From an uncultured Actinomycetes bacterium (GTDB lineage: Bacteria > Actinomycetota > UBA4738 > HRBIN12), in contig CAVRSI010000038.1 of assembly GCA_963723855.1 (NCBI GenBank), forward strand, positions 4,282-68,281: a stretch of DNA of 64,000 bases, read 5' to 3'. A model generated the notes under the pieces. The model had not been told where the DNA came from and made no database searches. It was given only the letters and a program-made list of their open reading frames with translations. Position numbers and translations under genes: made by a program. The stretch's first letter is position 1, and each line of letters opens with the position of its first letter. Shown piece after piece: positions 9,964 to 18,406 of the stretch.

Positions 9964-11553
9964 GTGGCGATCGACGGCGCGCTGGCGGAGGTGGATCGGC
10001 TCGTCGACGGGTTCGTCGCCAAGGAGCCCGTGCCCGGCGTCGCGTACGGCGTGATCGTCGACGGCGCGCTCGTCCATACGCGGGGCGTCGGAACCGCGAC
10101 GGTTGGACGGGACGCTCGCCCGACCGCCGACACCGTGTTCCGCATCGCCTCGATGACCAAGAGCTTCACGGCAGCCACGGTGCTCCTGCTCCGCGACGAA
10201 GGACATCTCCGTCTCGACGACGCGGCCGCGGACCATGTCCCCGAACTGCAGGGGCAGCGCCCCTCCCATCCGGGAGCGCCGGCGATCACCCTTCGGCACC
10301 TCCTGTCGATGTCCGCGGGGTTCCCGGGCGACGACCCGTGGGGCGATCGCCAGCAGGACCTCGACCTCGAGCGGTTCACCGCGTTCCTCGAGGGGGGCCA
10401 GTCGTTCGCGTGGATGCCCGGCACCGAGTTCGAGTACTCGAACCTCGGGTACGCGATCCTCGGACGCGTCATCACCAACGTCGCGGGGCAGGAGTATCGC
10501 GACGTCGTACGGTCACGACTGCTCGAACCGCTGGGCATGGGCTTCACCGTCTACGACGCGGCCGAGGTCCCCGCCGAGCGACTCGCGATCGGGTACGTCC
10601 GGCGCGACGATGCGTTCGTCGAGGAACCGTTCGCCGGCTACGGGGCGTTCGCGTCGATGGGCGGCCTCTTCAGCTCGGTGCGCGACCTGGCCCGATGGGT
10701 CGACGGCTTCGCGCGCGCGTTCTCCGCAAGCGCCGAGGCGGACGACCATCCGCTCTCGCGTGCGTCGCGCCTCGAGATGCAGCAGGTGCATCGTTCGATC
10801 GCGCCGGAGCTCACGTGGACGTCGATCGCCGAACCACCGACCGCGGTCGTGACCGGTTACGGCTTCGGAACGTTCGTGCGATCGGATCTGGAGCTGGGGA
10901 CGGTCGTGGGCCACAGCGGCGGCTATCCGGGGTTCGGGTCGCACATGCGCTGGCATCCCGCATCGGGGCTCGGCGTCGTCGTGCTGGGGAACCGGACGTA
11001 CTTCCCCGCGCTGAAGATCGGCGAACAGATGCTCTCCGCGCTCGTCCGCGCGGACGCTGCTCCGATCCGCCGGCTCAGGCCCGCGCCGGCGCTCGAGGCC
11101 GCGCGGGACGCGGTCGAACGGTTGCTCGGGTCATGGGACGACGACCTCGCCGCGGCCACGTTCTCGATGAACGTCGACATGGACGAGCCGATGGAACATC
11201 GGCGTGCCGCGATCGAACGGCTGCGCGAGACGCATGGCGCGTTGCGCCGCTCCGACGAGGCGCCGGCATCCGACACGCCGTTCCACGCGGCGTGGTGGCT
11301 CGAAGGTGAGCCCGGGCGCGGCCGCGTGAAGGTGGAGATCACGCTGGACCCGCAACCCGTGCCGAAGGTGCAATGGCTCGAGCTGACGTCGGTGCCGGAA
11401 CCCGATGCTCGACTTCCGGCAACAGCGGAAGCGCTCGTCTCCTCGGCGAACGGGAGCCGACGCGAGCTGCCCCGCTCGCCGATATCGTCGATCGCACCTC
11501 GCTCGAACGGGACCTCGTCCTGGTGCGGACGTTGTTCGGCCAGGGCCGTCTGA
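9964..11553 (+). CDS. serine hydrolase (beta-lactamase/transpeptidase-like, class C type)
   Basis: 529-aa ORF with the SxxK motif (SMTKSF) and a YSN motif (FEYSNLGY). The last ~35 codons become Ser/Arg-rich. A more protein-like continuation (APLADIVDRTSLERDLVLVRTLFG...LSARWTP) lies in ORF 11373..11711. A frame break near 11440-11465 is therefore possible, and the true end may be 11711. Confidence 0.7.
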   Translation: MAIDGALAEVDRLVDGFVAKEPVPGVAYGVIVDGALVHTRGVGTATVGRDARPTADTVFRIASMTKSFTAATVLLLRDEGHLRLDDAAADHVPELQGQRPSHPGAPAITLRHLLSMSAGFPGDDPWGDRQQDLDLERFTAFLEGGQSFAWMPGTEFEYSNLGYAILGRVITNVAGQEYRDVVRSRLLEPLGMGFTVYDAAEVPAERLAIGYVRRDDAFVEEPFAGYGAFASMGGLFSSVRDLARWVDGFARAFSASAEADDHPLSRASRLEMQQVHRSIAPELTWTSIAEPPTAVVTGYGFGTFVRSDLELGTVVGHSGGYPGFGSHMRWHPASGLGVVVLGNRTYFPALKIGEQMLSALVRADAAPIRRLRPAPALEAARDAVERLLGSWDDDLAAATFSMNVDMDEPMEHRRAAIERLRETHGALRRSDEAPASDTPFHAAWWLEGEPGRGRVKVEITLDPQPVPKVQWLELTSVPEPDARLPATAEALVSSANGSRRELPRSPISSIAPRSNGTSSWCGRCSARAV

Positions 11554-11901
11554 GCGCTCCGATCGCCGGCGGCGGCTCGAGCATGACGTTCGGGGTCGTC
11601 GCCCAACGCGGAACGTTGGACCTCGCCGTGTCGATCGACGCCATGGGCCGGCTCCTCAGCGCCAGGTGGACTCCGCGTCCCGTCACCCCGTCCCGCTTCG
11701 ACGTCCGCTGACCTGTGGACATCGACACCGATGTCGACCTTCAGGCGCTGGCAAACGGCCTAGGGAACCCTAGACATTCGTGACCCCGAAATGGCCGACA
11801 GGCCCATAGGTTGGGTGGGTGGTCGGTCGCTACGTTGGCTTCACGAGCGACGACGCACATGCGTCGGGGGACATCGCCGGATACCGAGGAGGAGACCGCC
11901 G

Positions 11902-12093
11902 ATGGCAACGCTCGGGGATGACATCCCGATCCGAAGATCCGTCAACGACCCTAACGAGGCGCTGCGCATCCGGTTGTCGGGGCGGGCTCTGCCCGAGCCG
12001 CTCTGCTATGGACGCCGAGTTGCGACGGTCGTCCTGCACCGGCTGAACCCTCCGCGTACCTCGCACGAGAAGAGGGGAGTTCGGCATGGGTAG
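11902..12093 (+). CDS. small hypothetical ORF (63 aa)
   Basis: ATG at 11902 follows GAGGAGGAG. Its stop overlaps the start of the next ORF (ATGGGTAG). No family recognised. Confidence 0.25.
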   Translation: MATLGDDIPIRRSVNDPNEALRIRLSGRALPEPLCYGRRVATVVLHRLNPPRTSHEKRGVRHG

Positions 12094-12352
12094 GTATATG
12101 AACGCCAAGGTGAAGGCGACCGCCACGCTGGAACGCCTTGACAGGCAAGCGGTCACGCTGGAACGCCTGGACATCCTGGCCCAGAAAGGGCTCCGTCTCT
12201 CGCAGGCCGGCGTCACATATGCCGCCATCGCGGCGAGACGGAACGACGCGAACGCGAACGCTGAAGACGGCGTCCACTACGACTTCAACGACGCGCTCGA
12301 ACTGCTCTACGACGAGACGTTCGGCGCCGCAACCATGGAGGGGCGGAGATGA
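12086..12352 (+). CDS. hypothetical protein (88 aa)
   Basis: ATG preceded by AGAGGGGAG, with an ATGA stop/start overlap onto the TadE-like gene. It contains the internal repeat ATLERLDRQ / VTLERLDIL. Confidence 0.45.
   Translation: MGRYMNAKVKATATLERLDRQAVTLERLDILAQKGLRLSQAGVTYAAIAARRNDANANAEDGVHYDFNDALELLYDETFGAATMEGRR
12125..12174 (+). repeat. 20-bp direct repeat, two copies with 30-bp period
   Basis: CACGCTGGAACGCCTTGACA (12125-12144) and CACGCTGGAACGCCTGGACA (12155-12174), one mismatch, inside ORF 12086..12352. Confidence 0.6.
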
Positions 12353-12750
12353 GAACGCTCCGTGGACAGCGAGGTGCGTCGGCGGTGGAGTTCGCACTCA
12401 TCGCGCCCGTGCTCTTCATGATCATCTTCGCGATCCTCGGGTTCGGGATCGCGTTCATGCAGCTCCAGACCATCCGCGGCGCCGTGCGTGAAGGCGCGAG
12501 GATCTCCGCCGGTGGGCGCCACCGTCGCCCAGGTCCAGCAGAAGGTCGCCGACGCCTCAACCGGCATCGTTCCGTGCCGGGCAAGTGACCGTGACCGCCA
12601 TGCCCCGGACAGGACACCACGGTCGACACGACCGCGACGTTCAACACCGCACAGATGAACGGCGGCAAGGGCATCGTCGTGACGATCCCGTTGCTCCCGG
12701 ATATCCACCTGACGCCGATCGTCTCCGCACAGTTCAGGTGTGAGATATGA
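12349..12750 (+). pseudogene. TadE-like pilus-assembly (pseudopilin) protein, multiply frame-broken
   Basis: The N-terminus RGASAVEFALIAPVLFMIIFAILGFG is the TadE signature. After REGARISA the sensible text jumps frames at least three times (VGATVAQVQQKVADASTGIVP / GQVTVTA / GQDTTVDTTATFNTAQMNGGKGIVVTIPLLPDIHLTPIVSAQFRCEI) and ends at TGA 12748-12750. Confidence 0.6.
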
Positions 12751-13745
12751 GAGCGCGAGGAGGGCGTCGTTGCGATCGTGGTGGCGATCAGTCTCGTCGT
12801 CTTGATGGGGGCCGTGGCTCTCACCCTGGACGTGGGCGGGCTCCTCTACCGGCGACGCGAGATGGTGAACGGAGCGGACGCCGCGGCACTTGCGGCGGCG
12901 ATGGAATGCTCGAAGGGCAACGGGTTGGTGGCGGCAACGGCGGCGGCCAACCACGAGTTCGAGGGCGACTCCCCCGGTTCCAAGGCCTCCGGATACTCGC
13001 TCGACTCCATCGCGGCCAGCCCGGCGTGCGGCGGGACGGCGGGCCACATCACCGTCAGTACACCACCCAGCAACCGCTCTACTTCGCGCCGGTCCTGGGG
13101 TTGTCGGATCACCACGCGGTCACCACCGAGGCGACCGCGTCGTGGGGTCCCGCCGGCCCGTTCCCGATCGCGGTCAATCTCGGGCCGCCGGACGCGTTCA
13201 AGACCTGCTCCATCAACGCCACGCCCGGAACCGACTGCTACTACCTGTTCGACAACAACCAGAACGGGAACGGGGACTTCGGGTTCCTGAACCTGGCGCG
13301 ATGGGGACAGCCGAGCGACCAGGGCTGCAACGGCGGTGGCGGAGCGAACCTGCTGAGCGGCGAGATCACCGGGACCGTTGGCTATTCGCAGTACGTGTTC
13401 AAGATCCCGGACTACGTCTGTCAGATCAGCGGGCTCAAGGGTAAGGACTGGAACCAGGCGTTGGCCTCGATGGTGGGCCAGACTCGCTCGTTCCCCATCA
13501 ACGATCCCACGAAGACGACGGCGAAGCGCTGGTACATCGTGGGATTCGCGCGGATGACCATCGTCAGCGTCGACCAGAACGCCAAGTCGTGCAGCGGCCT
13601 CGCGATCGACGGCCAAGAGCGAGACGTGCGTTCACCTGACGTGGGTCGGAGGCGGCGTGGGCATCGGGACGACGCAACTCGAGACCGTCGGCCTGTGCGA
13701 CCTCCAGTACGGCACGGACCCCGTCAAGGGCACGTGCCTTGGCTA
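12747..13745 (+). pseudogene. TadG-like (Flp pilus-assembly TadE/G-like N-terminal domain) protein, frame-broken
   Basis: ATGA overlap with the previous gene. The text GVVAIVVAISLVVLMGAVALTLDVGGLLYRRREMVNGADAAALAAAME is TadG-like. Breaks lie near 12762, 13055 and 13612. The last segment (TCVHLTWVGGGVGIGTTQLETVGLCDLQYGTDPVKGTCLG) ends at 13745. Confidence 0.6.
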
Positions 13746-13780
13746 GTCCTGGCGATCGTCGTCCACGACGTCCGGAGGAG

Positions 13781-14488
13781 CTAGTCGTACCGGTCGTGGT
13801 GTCGGACCCATGCCTGCGAGTCGGGTGAGCGCGTCCTCGTCACGACCCTCGGCATCAGGTCGAGGAAGTTGTAGGCACCATTGAGGATGTCGATCCCGCG
13901 CGCGTAGCACGAATAGGTGTGGAAGACGGAGCCGGCCGTCGTCCTTGATAGAAGACGCTACACCCTCGCGGTCGGCGGGACCGGGGTTCGTCTCGGACGT
14001 AGTTGTAGAAGGCCGTCCCGCTCTCGCGCTCCTCCGGCGTGAACGACACGTGGTAGTCGAAGTTGAACTCGCTCCCGAACGACGAGACCCACGTGAAGCG
14101 CCACCCCATCCGCTCCTTGAACGCGCTCGATCTTCGCGAGCGGCGCGCGCGAGACGGCGAGGAACGTCACGTCGCGATGGTGCAGGTGCACGTCGATCCC
14201 GTCGAAGTTGTCGGCCCAGAACGAGCAATGCGGGCACCCCTCGTCCCACTCGGGACTCGAACATGAAGTGGTAGACGCGAGCTGGCTCCGGCCGTCGAAG
14301 AGCTCGGCCAGCGTGCTTTCGCCGTCCGGTGTCTCGAATAGGTACGGGGCGTCGACCAGCACCCACGGCAGCTCGCGCCGCTGGCGACTCAGCTCGTCCC
14401 GCAGTCGCGTGAACTCCTTCTCCTTCGCCAACAACGACGTCCGCGCGGACAGCCACTCGTCGCGCGACACGATCGGGTGGTCGGTCAT
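13781..14488 (-). pseudogene. DUF899 thioredoxin-like family protein, at least 5 frame breaks
   Basis: ATG at 14488 follows GGAGGTGGAAG. Conserved DUF899 strings are scattered over all three minus frames: MTDHPIVSRDEWLSARTSLLAKEKEFTRLRDELSRQRRELPW; VYHFMF; PEWDEGCPHCSFWADNFDGIDVHLHHRDVTFLAVSRAPLAKIER; MGWRFTWVSSFGSEFNFDYHVSF; FHTYSCYARGIDILNGAYNFLDL; AWVRHHDRYD-stop. Confidence 0.7.
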
Positions 14489-14508
14489 CTTCCACCTCCA
14501 TGGAGGGC

Positions 14509-14573
14509 AACGTTCAACAGTGTTGTGTAATATCACCGCGAGCGAGGAAAGGTCAACACGATGGTTGAACGTT
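14509..14573. promoter_or_regulatory. candidate ArsR-type operator region (inverted repeats in divergent promoter)
   Basis: AACGTTCAAC (14509-14518) and GTTGAACGTT (14564-14573) are perfect reverse complements. A nested palindrome CAACAGTGTTG sits at 14515-14525. The region lies between the DUF899 start (14488) and the arsR-family start (14561). Confidence 0.3.
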
Positions 14574-14896
14574 CCCGGACCCTGGACCGCACGTACGCGG
14601 CGCTCGCGGATCCCACCCGCCGCGCGCTGCTCGTCGCGCTGCAGGCGGGAGACGCACGCATCAGCGACCTGGCAGACCCACTGCCGATGACGTTCGCCGG
14701 CGTGTCGCGCCACGTCGCGGTGCTCGAGTCCGCAGGCCTCATCCGGCGCGACGTGCGCGGCCGGGAACATTGGTTATCGATCCGTCCCGAGGGTCTGCGC
14801 CAGGCGGAGCACTGGATCGGCGAACAGACGGCCTTCTGGTCCACGAGGGCCGACGCGCTCGCGAAGCGCCTCGAGCGCGAACGGCGTCCTTCGTGA
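14561..14896 (+). CDS. ArsR/SmtB family transcriptional regulator
   Basis: 111-aa ORF. LADPTRRALLVALQAGDARISDLADPLPMTFAGVSRHVAVLESAGLI is a typical ArsR winged helix-turn-helix. Confidence 0.85.
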   Translation: MVERSRTLDRTYAALADPTRRALLVALQAGDARISDLADPLPMTFAGVSRHVAVLESAGLIRRDVRGREHWLSIRPEGLRQAEHWIGEQTAFWSTRADALAKRLERERRPS

Positions 14897-15323
14897 GCGC
14901 CGCACGAGGGGCGGTCGTCACGCGCGTGATGCCCGCGCCCCCGAAGCGGTGTACGACGAGTGGCTCGATCAGACCGCGCTCGCCGAGTTCATGTGCCCGT
15001 CACCGGACACGCGCGCCACGATCATCGCGTGCGATCCCCGGATCGGCGGCAAGCTCACCATCGTGATGGGCGATACCGCGGGCGACGTCCACATCTCCGG
15101 CGAGTACGTGACGCTCGAACGTCCCCGGCTCCTCAGCTTCACGTGGCGACACGAGGGCGGCGTCGACAGCGTGGTCACGATCACGTTCGAGCCTCACGGC
15201 GAAGATCAGACGCTCATGACGATCGACCACGTCCAGCTCCCGCCGCACCTGGTGCCCGGTCACGAGGCGGGATGGAGCAGCATCGCCGAGCATCTCGAGA
15301 CGAGGCTCAAGCCGCGTCACTGA
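14893..15323 (+). pseudogene. SRPBCC/AHSA1-domain protein, one frame break
   Basis: GTG at 14893 overlaps the arsR stop (GTGA). VSAARGAVVTRVMPAPP is in one frame and EAVYDEWLDQTALAEFM... (ORF 14949..15323) is in the next. The break falls in the C5 run GCGCCCCCGAAG near 14938. Confidence 0.7.
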
Positions 15324-15354
15324 GCAAGGCTCAGTCGCGGACCCGCGGCTCGTC

Positions 15355-15941
15355 TCAGCCGAGGGACCAGGTCATCGTCACGCTTACGGAGCCGAAGTAC
15401 TGAACCGGAGCGGGCTCCATCCGCCGGTGCCCGACGATCCGGGTGACGATCCCGATGTGCCCGTGCCCGTTCCTGACGTCGCTCCCGCCATCGGCATCGG
15501 GTAGTAGGAGGGCATCGCCGAGACCTGCATGTCGATGATGGGGCCGAGCGTGATACCGGCGGCACCCGCGGCGACCGTCGCCTGTGCGGTCGCATCCTTC
15601 ACGGCGGCCGCGATGGCAGCGTCGCGAGCGGTCTGACCTTGGCCGTCCATGTTCGCCTGCCCGTAGGTCGTCAAACCGGGAACGGATCCCGTCGATCCAC
15701 AACACCACGCGGGAGCGGCGATGCCGGAGCTCACGGCGACGTCCGGTCTCCCGACCGTCACGGTTCCGGGCACCGCGACACCCATCGAACCGGAGCTGCC
15801 GGATACCACTCCTCCGCCGGAGGCGTGACCTGACGGGCCGGAACCCTGGCCGAACGCGGCGGCCGCTCCGATCACCAGGACCAGGGCGGCGGCGGCGAGC
15901 GTCAGGACGAGACGGGCCGGGTACCTACGAGACGCGTTCAT
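15355..15941 (-). CDS. secreted SIMPL/DUF541-like protein (possible frame break near 15420)
   Basis: ATG at 15941 follows GGGAG. A signal peptide is present (RRYPARLVLTLAAAALVLVIGAAAAFG). The central text TARDAAIAAAVKDATAQATVAAGAAGITLGPIIDMQVS is SIMPL-like. The family-typical ending PVQYFGSVSVTMTWSLG-stop is in a different frame (ORF 15355..15708). Confidence 0.45.
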
Positions 15942-16064
15942 GGCGTGCTCCCTTCCGGGGGTAGAAGTCCGTTCCTGGACGGCCCCGAAGGGGGGTGAGG
16001 TTCCCATGATTCGGATCCCGAAGGGTGGGTATGCCCGGGTCGAGACCGAGCACGGGAGGTCGAC

Positions 16065-16274
16065 ATGGCTGATCTCGACACGGCGGAGCGCCGCAAGCTA
16101 GCCGATGAGGGCAAGGCGCTCCCCGATGGGTCGTTCCCGATCCGCGATCGCGAGGACTTGATGGATGCGATCCGGTCCTACGGACGGGCGAACGACAAGG
16201 CCGAGGCCAAACGATGGATCAAACGTCGCGCGCGCGAGTTGAACGCCGAGAAGGACCTGCCCGAAGACTGGTAG
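16065..16274 (+). CDS. small hypothetical protein (69 aa)
   Basis: ATG follows GGGAGG. The product is charged and helical (MADLDTAERRKLADEGKALPDGSFPIRDREDLMDAIRSYGR...). Confidence 0.5.
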   Translation: MADLDTAERRKLADEGKALPDGSFPIRDREDLMDAIRSYGRANDKAEAKRWIKRRARELNAEKDLPEDW

Positions 16275-16280
16275 GTGCGT

Positions 16281-16727
16281 TCAATCGTCGTCGTCGGGAC
16301 GACGGAGCCGCTTGATCTTCGCGCGGCGACGCTTCTCGGCGAGCCGCCGTTCCGTCGAAGCCCGCGTTGCCCGCGTGGGGCGGCGGCGGGGCGGTGGCGG
16401 CGCGACGGCGGCGGCCAATATGTCGGCCAGCCGCTTACGGGCGATCTCGCGATTGCGGAGTTGCGCACGCTCCTCTTGTGCGGAGACCGTGAGCGTCCCA
16501 TCGACCAGGCGGTCGGCCAGGCGTTCCAGCGCTCGGGCCCGTTGCACGGGCCCGAGCGCGGTCGTCGTCGCGACATCCAGGGTCAACTCCACCCGTGAGT
16601 CGGCCGTGTTGACCGACTGACCGCCGGGTCCAGAGGATCGGCTGAACCGCCACTTGAGCTCCCGCTCCGGGATCACGATCGAACGCGATACGCGGAGCGG
16701 CCCCGCAACTGAGCCGCGATCAGACAT
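16281..16727 (-). CDS. arfB: alternative ribosome-rescue factor ArfB (class I release-factor-like peptidyl-tRNA hydrolase)
   Basis: Inner ATG at 16727. The product has the GGQ motif (SSGPGGQSVNT) and a basic C-terminal tail (RRLAEKRRRAKIKRLRR). Confidence 0.85.
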   Translation of the reverse strand: MSDRGSVAGPLRVSRSIVIPERELKWRFSRSSGPGGQSVNTADSRVELTLDVATTTALGPVQRARALERLADRLVDGTLTVSAQEERAQLRNREIARKRLADILAAAVAPPPPRRRPTRATRASTERRLAEKRRRAKIKRLRRPDDDD

Positions 16728-16806
16728 CCTTCGGATGCTAGCGGCCGGACCCGGCGGAAGGTCGCTCGCGAGGAGCCTATGCTGACGCGAGTCGATCGGA
16801 GGGGCG

Positions 16807-17283
16807 ATGGCCGACACCGGCGGACCCATGACGGGCATGGCGGATCAGACCGCGGTCCTGGCCGCGGAGGAGACCGCCTGGAGCGAGATCCGCTCGCTGA
16901 TCGATCAACTCACCCCCGAACAGGTGATACGACCCGGGTACTACCAGGAGGGCTGGTCGGCGAAGGATCTGCTCGCGCACGTCGGCGCCTGGCTCGCCGA
17001 GGCGGGTGTGCTGCTCGAACGGATCGCTGCCGGTTCGTATCGCCGGGAGGACATCGATGTCGACGACGTGAACCGGCTGTCGCTCGACGCCATGCGTGAC
17101 ATCCCGTTCCCGACGGTCAAGGCGCAGGCGACCGCTGCCCGAGCGCGGATGCGAGGGGCGTTGCTCGGGCTCCGCGAGCCGTCCCCGGACGCCGCGTGGT
17201 GGATCTCCAAAGCGGGCCCGGAGCACTACGCGGAGCATCTTCCGCGGCTCCGAGCCTGGGTCGCGGAGTTGCGGTCGACCTAG
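16807..17283 (+). CDS. DinB-superfamily / maleylpyruvate-isomerase-N-terminal-like four-helix-bundle protein
   Basis: 158-aa ORF. WSAKDLLAHVGAWLAE ... GPEHYAEHLPRL resembles the DinB/ClbS-like fold. The start is uncertain (ATG 16807 or 16828). Confidence 0.55.
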   Translation: MADTGGPMTGMADQTAVLAAEETAWSEIRSLIDQLTPEQVIRPGYYQEGWSAKDLLAHVGAWLAEAGVLLERIAAGSYRREDIDVDDVNRLSLDAMRDIPFPTVKAQATAARARMRGALLGLREPSPDAAWWISKAGPEHYAEHLPRLRAWVAELRST

Positions 17284-17288
17284 CGGTC

Positions 17289-17644
17289 TCAGCCGTCGCT
17301 GGGCGGGGGCGGTGGAGGAGGCGGCGGGGTCGAGGAGCCGCCCTTCGAGCGGATCGCCGCGGTGGCCTCATTGACCGTCGCGGTGATGGCGTCGCCGAGC
17401 GCGTTCACGGCCTCGGACAACTCCCGCTTGGCCTCGTCATCTTTGAACGTCGCTCCGACGGCCGTTACCCGCGCGAGAGCTCGTCGAAGAGGTCCTTCAT
17501 CGCGCGCTTCAGTTCGCGCTCCGCCTCGTCCGCGTCGGCAGTCTCGGTTGATCCCGACTGGTGGTACCGGTCGGCCACGCGTCGTCCCCACGAGGAGAAC
17601 TTCTCTCCGACCTCACCCCATGCCTGCTTCGCGTTCTCGGTCAT
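17289..17644 (-). CDS. hypothetical protein with poly-Pro tail (possible frame break near 17467)
   Basis: ATG at 17644 follows GGAGG and reads MTENAKQAWGEVGEKFSSWGRRVADRYHQSG...LFDELSRG-stop. A similar KRELxxA-type text continues in ORF 17289..17591 (TFKDDEAKRELSEAVNALGDAITATVNEATAAIRSKGG...PPPPPPPPP). Confidence 0.4.
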
Positions 17645-17687
17645 CCGAACCTCCTCGAAGTCGTCCGTGGACCCACCCTAGCGCGCG

Positions 17688-18341
17688 TCAGCGACCGCCG
17701 AGCAGGAGCTCGGACATGGTCTCGGTGTACCAGCGTTCGAACCGTTCCGGGGACCAGCCCCGGTCGACGGTGAGGAGCCGGAAGGTCTCGGGGCTCCCGA
17801 TCGCGAAGAGCATGTTCGCGGCGACGTCCATAGACAGGCCTATCCGAAGGGCTCCCCCGCCGGCCAGGATCCGGACCAGTTCGCGCTGGCCGGCGAAGCG
17901 TTGCGACGAGTATCGCTCCCCCAGCTCGGCGATCCGCGGATCGGAAGCGGCGGCGCCGTGCAACACCTCGTAGATCGGACCGATGCGTTCGAGGATGATC
18001 CGTCCGTTCCTCGTGAGGATCCGCAACCGGCGCTGCGGGTCGGGCTCGTCGCGCATCCTCTGGACCCACGCACGCTGTAGGAGCGGCACGGGCTCGTCGT
18101 CGCCGGCGATCGAGACGTCGACCACCGCGGACAGGAGCGACCGCTTGCTCCGGAACGTCGCGTACACGGTCTCCGGCGAGACGCCCGCCCGATCCGCGAT
18201 CGCCTGGATGGTCGAGGCGACGAACCCCCGCTCCACGAACAGGTCCCGTGCCGCATCGAGGACGGCGACGCGGGTCGCACGCGCCTGCTCCGTGCGCCGG
18301 GGCGATTCGTAGCTCCGGCGGGGCTTGACAGATCTCGGCAC
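17688..18341 (-). CDS. TetR/AcrR family transcriptional regulator
   Basis: 217-aa ORF with an N-terminal HTH (RVAVLDAARDLFVERGFVASTIQAIADRAGVSPETVYATFRSK). Confidence 0.85.
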   Translation of the reverse strand: MPRSVKPRRSYESPRRTEQARATRVAVLDAARDLFVERGFVASTIQAIADRAGVSPETVYATFRSKRSLLSAVVDVSIAGDDEPVPLLQRAWVQRMRDEPDPQRRLRILTRNGRIILERIGPIYEVLHGAAASDPRIAELGERYSSQRFAGQRELVRILAGGGALRIGLSMDVAANMLFAIGSPETFRLLTVDRGWSPERFERWYTETMSELLLGGR

Positions 18342-18361
18342 TCGGCTACAGTACCACCGTA

Positions 18362-18386
18362 TTCGATACAGATTTACTGTATCGAA
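18362..18386. promoter_or_regulatory. candidate TetR operator (perfect 10-5-10 palindrome)
   Basis: TTCGATACAG-ATTTA-CTGTATCGAA lies in the 65-nt divergent intergenic region between tetR (start 18341) and the ORF starting at 18407. Confidence 0.55.
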
Positions 18387-18406
18387 CTAGCCCCGAGGAG
18401 GTCGGC

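Noticed and set aside
11709-11775. Hairpin GACATCG-ACAC-CGATGTC (11718-11735) and palindrome CTAGGG-AA-CCCTAG (11759-11772) after the serine-hydrolase region, considered as a terminator or operator.
   Set aside because: The stems are only 6-7 bp with no U-tract. The true end of the upstream gene is itself uncertain. This is too weak to call as a feature.
11902-12352. The two small overlapping ORFs considered as a toxin-antitoxin pair.
   Set aside because: No recognisable TA family motifs are present. The pair is translationally coupled onward to the TadE/TadG-like genes rather than standing alone.
15942-16064. Repeated CCCGAAGGG(G/T)GGG motifs and an imperfect inverted repeat in the divergent region between the SIMPL-like gene and the 69-aa ORF.
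   Set aside because: The matches are short, G-rich and imperfect. They overlap the two Shine-Dalgarno-like elements and are likely chance or RBS-related.
17289-17340. Run of nine Pro codons (PPPPPPPPP) considered as a simple-sequence repeat or contingency locus.
   Set aside because: At the nucleotide level the tract is not a homogeneous repeat; it uses mixed GGN/CCN codons (GGGGGCGGTGGAGGAGGCGGCGGGG on the plus strand). It is better explained as a low-complexity protein tail.
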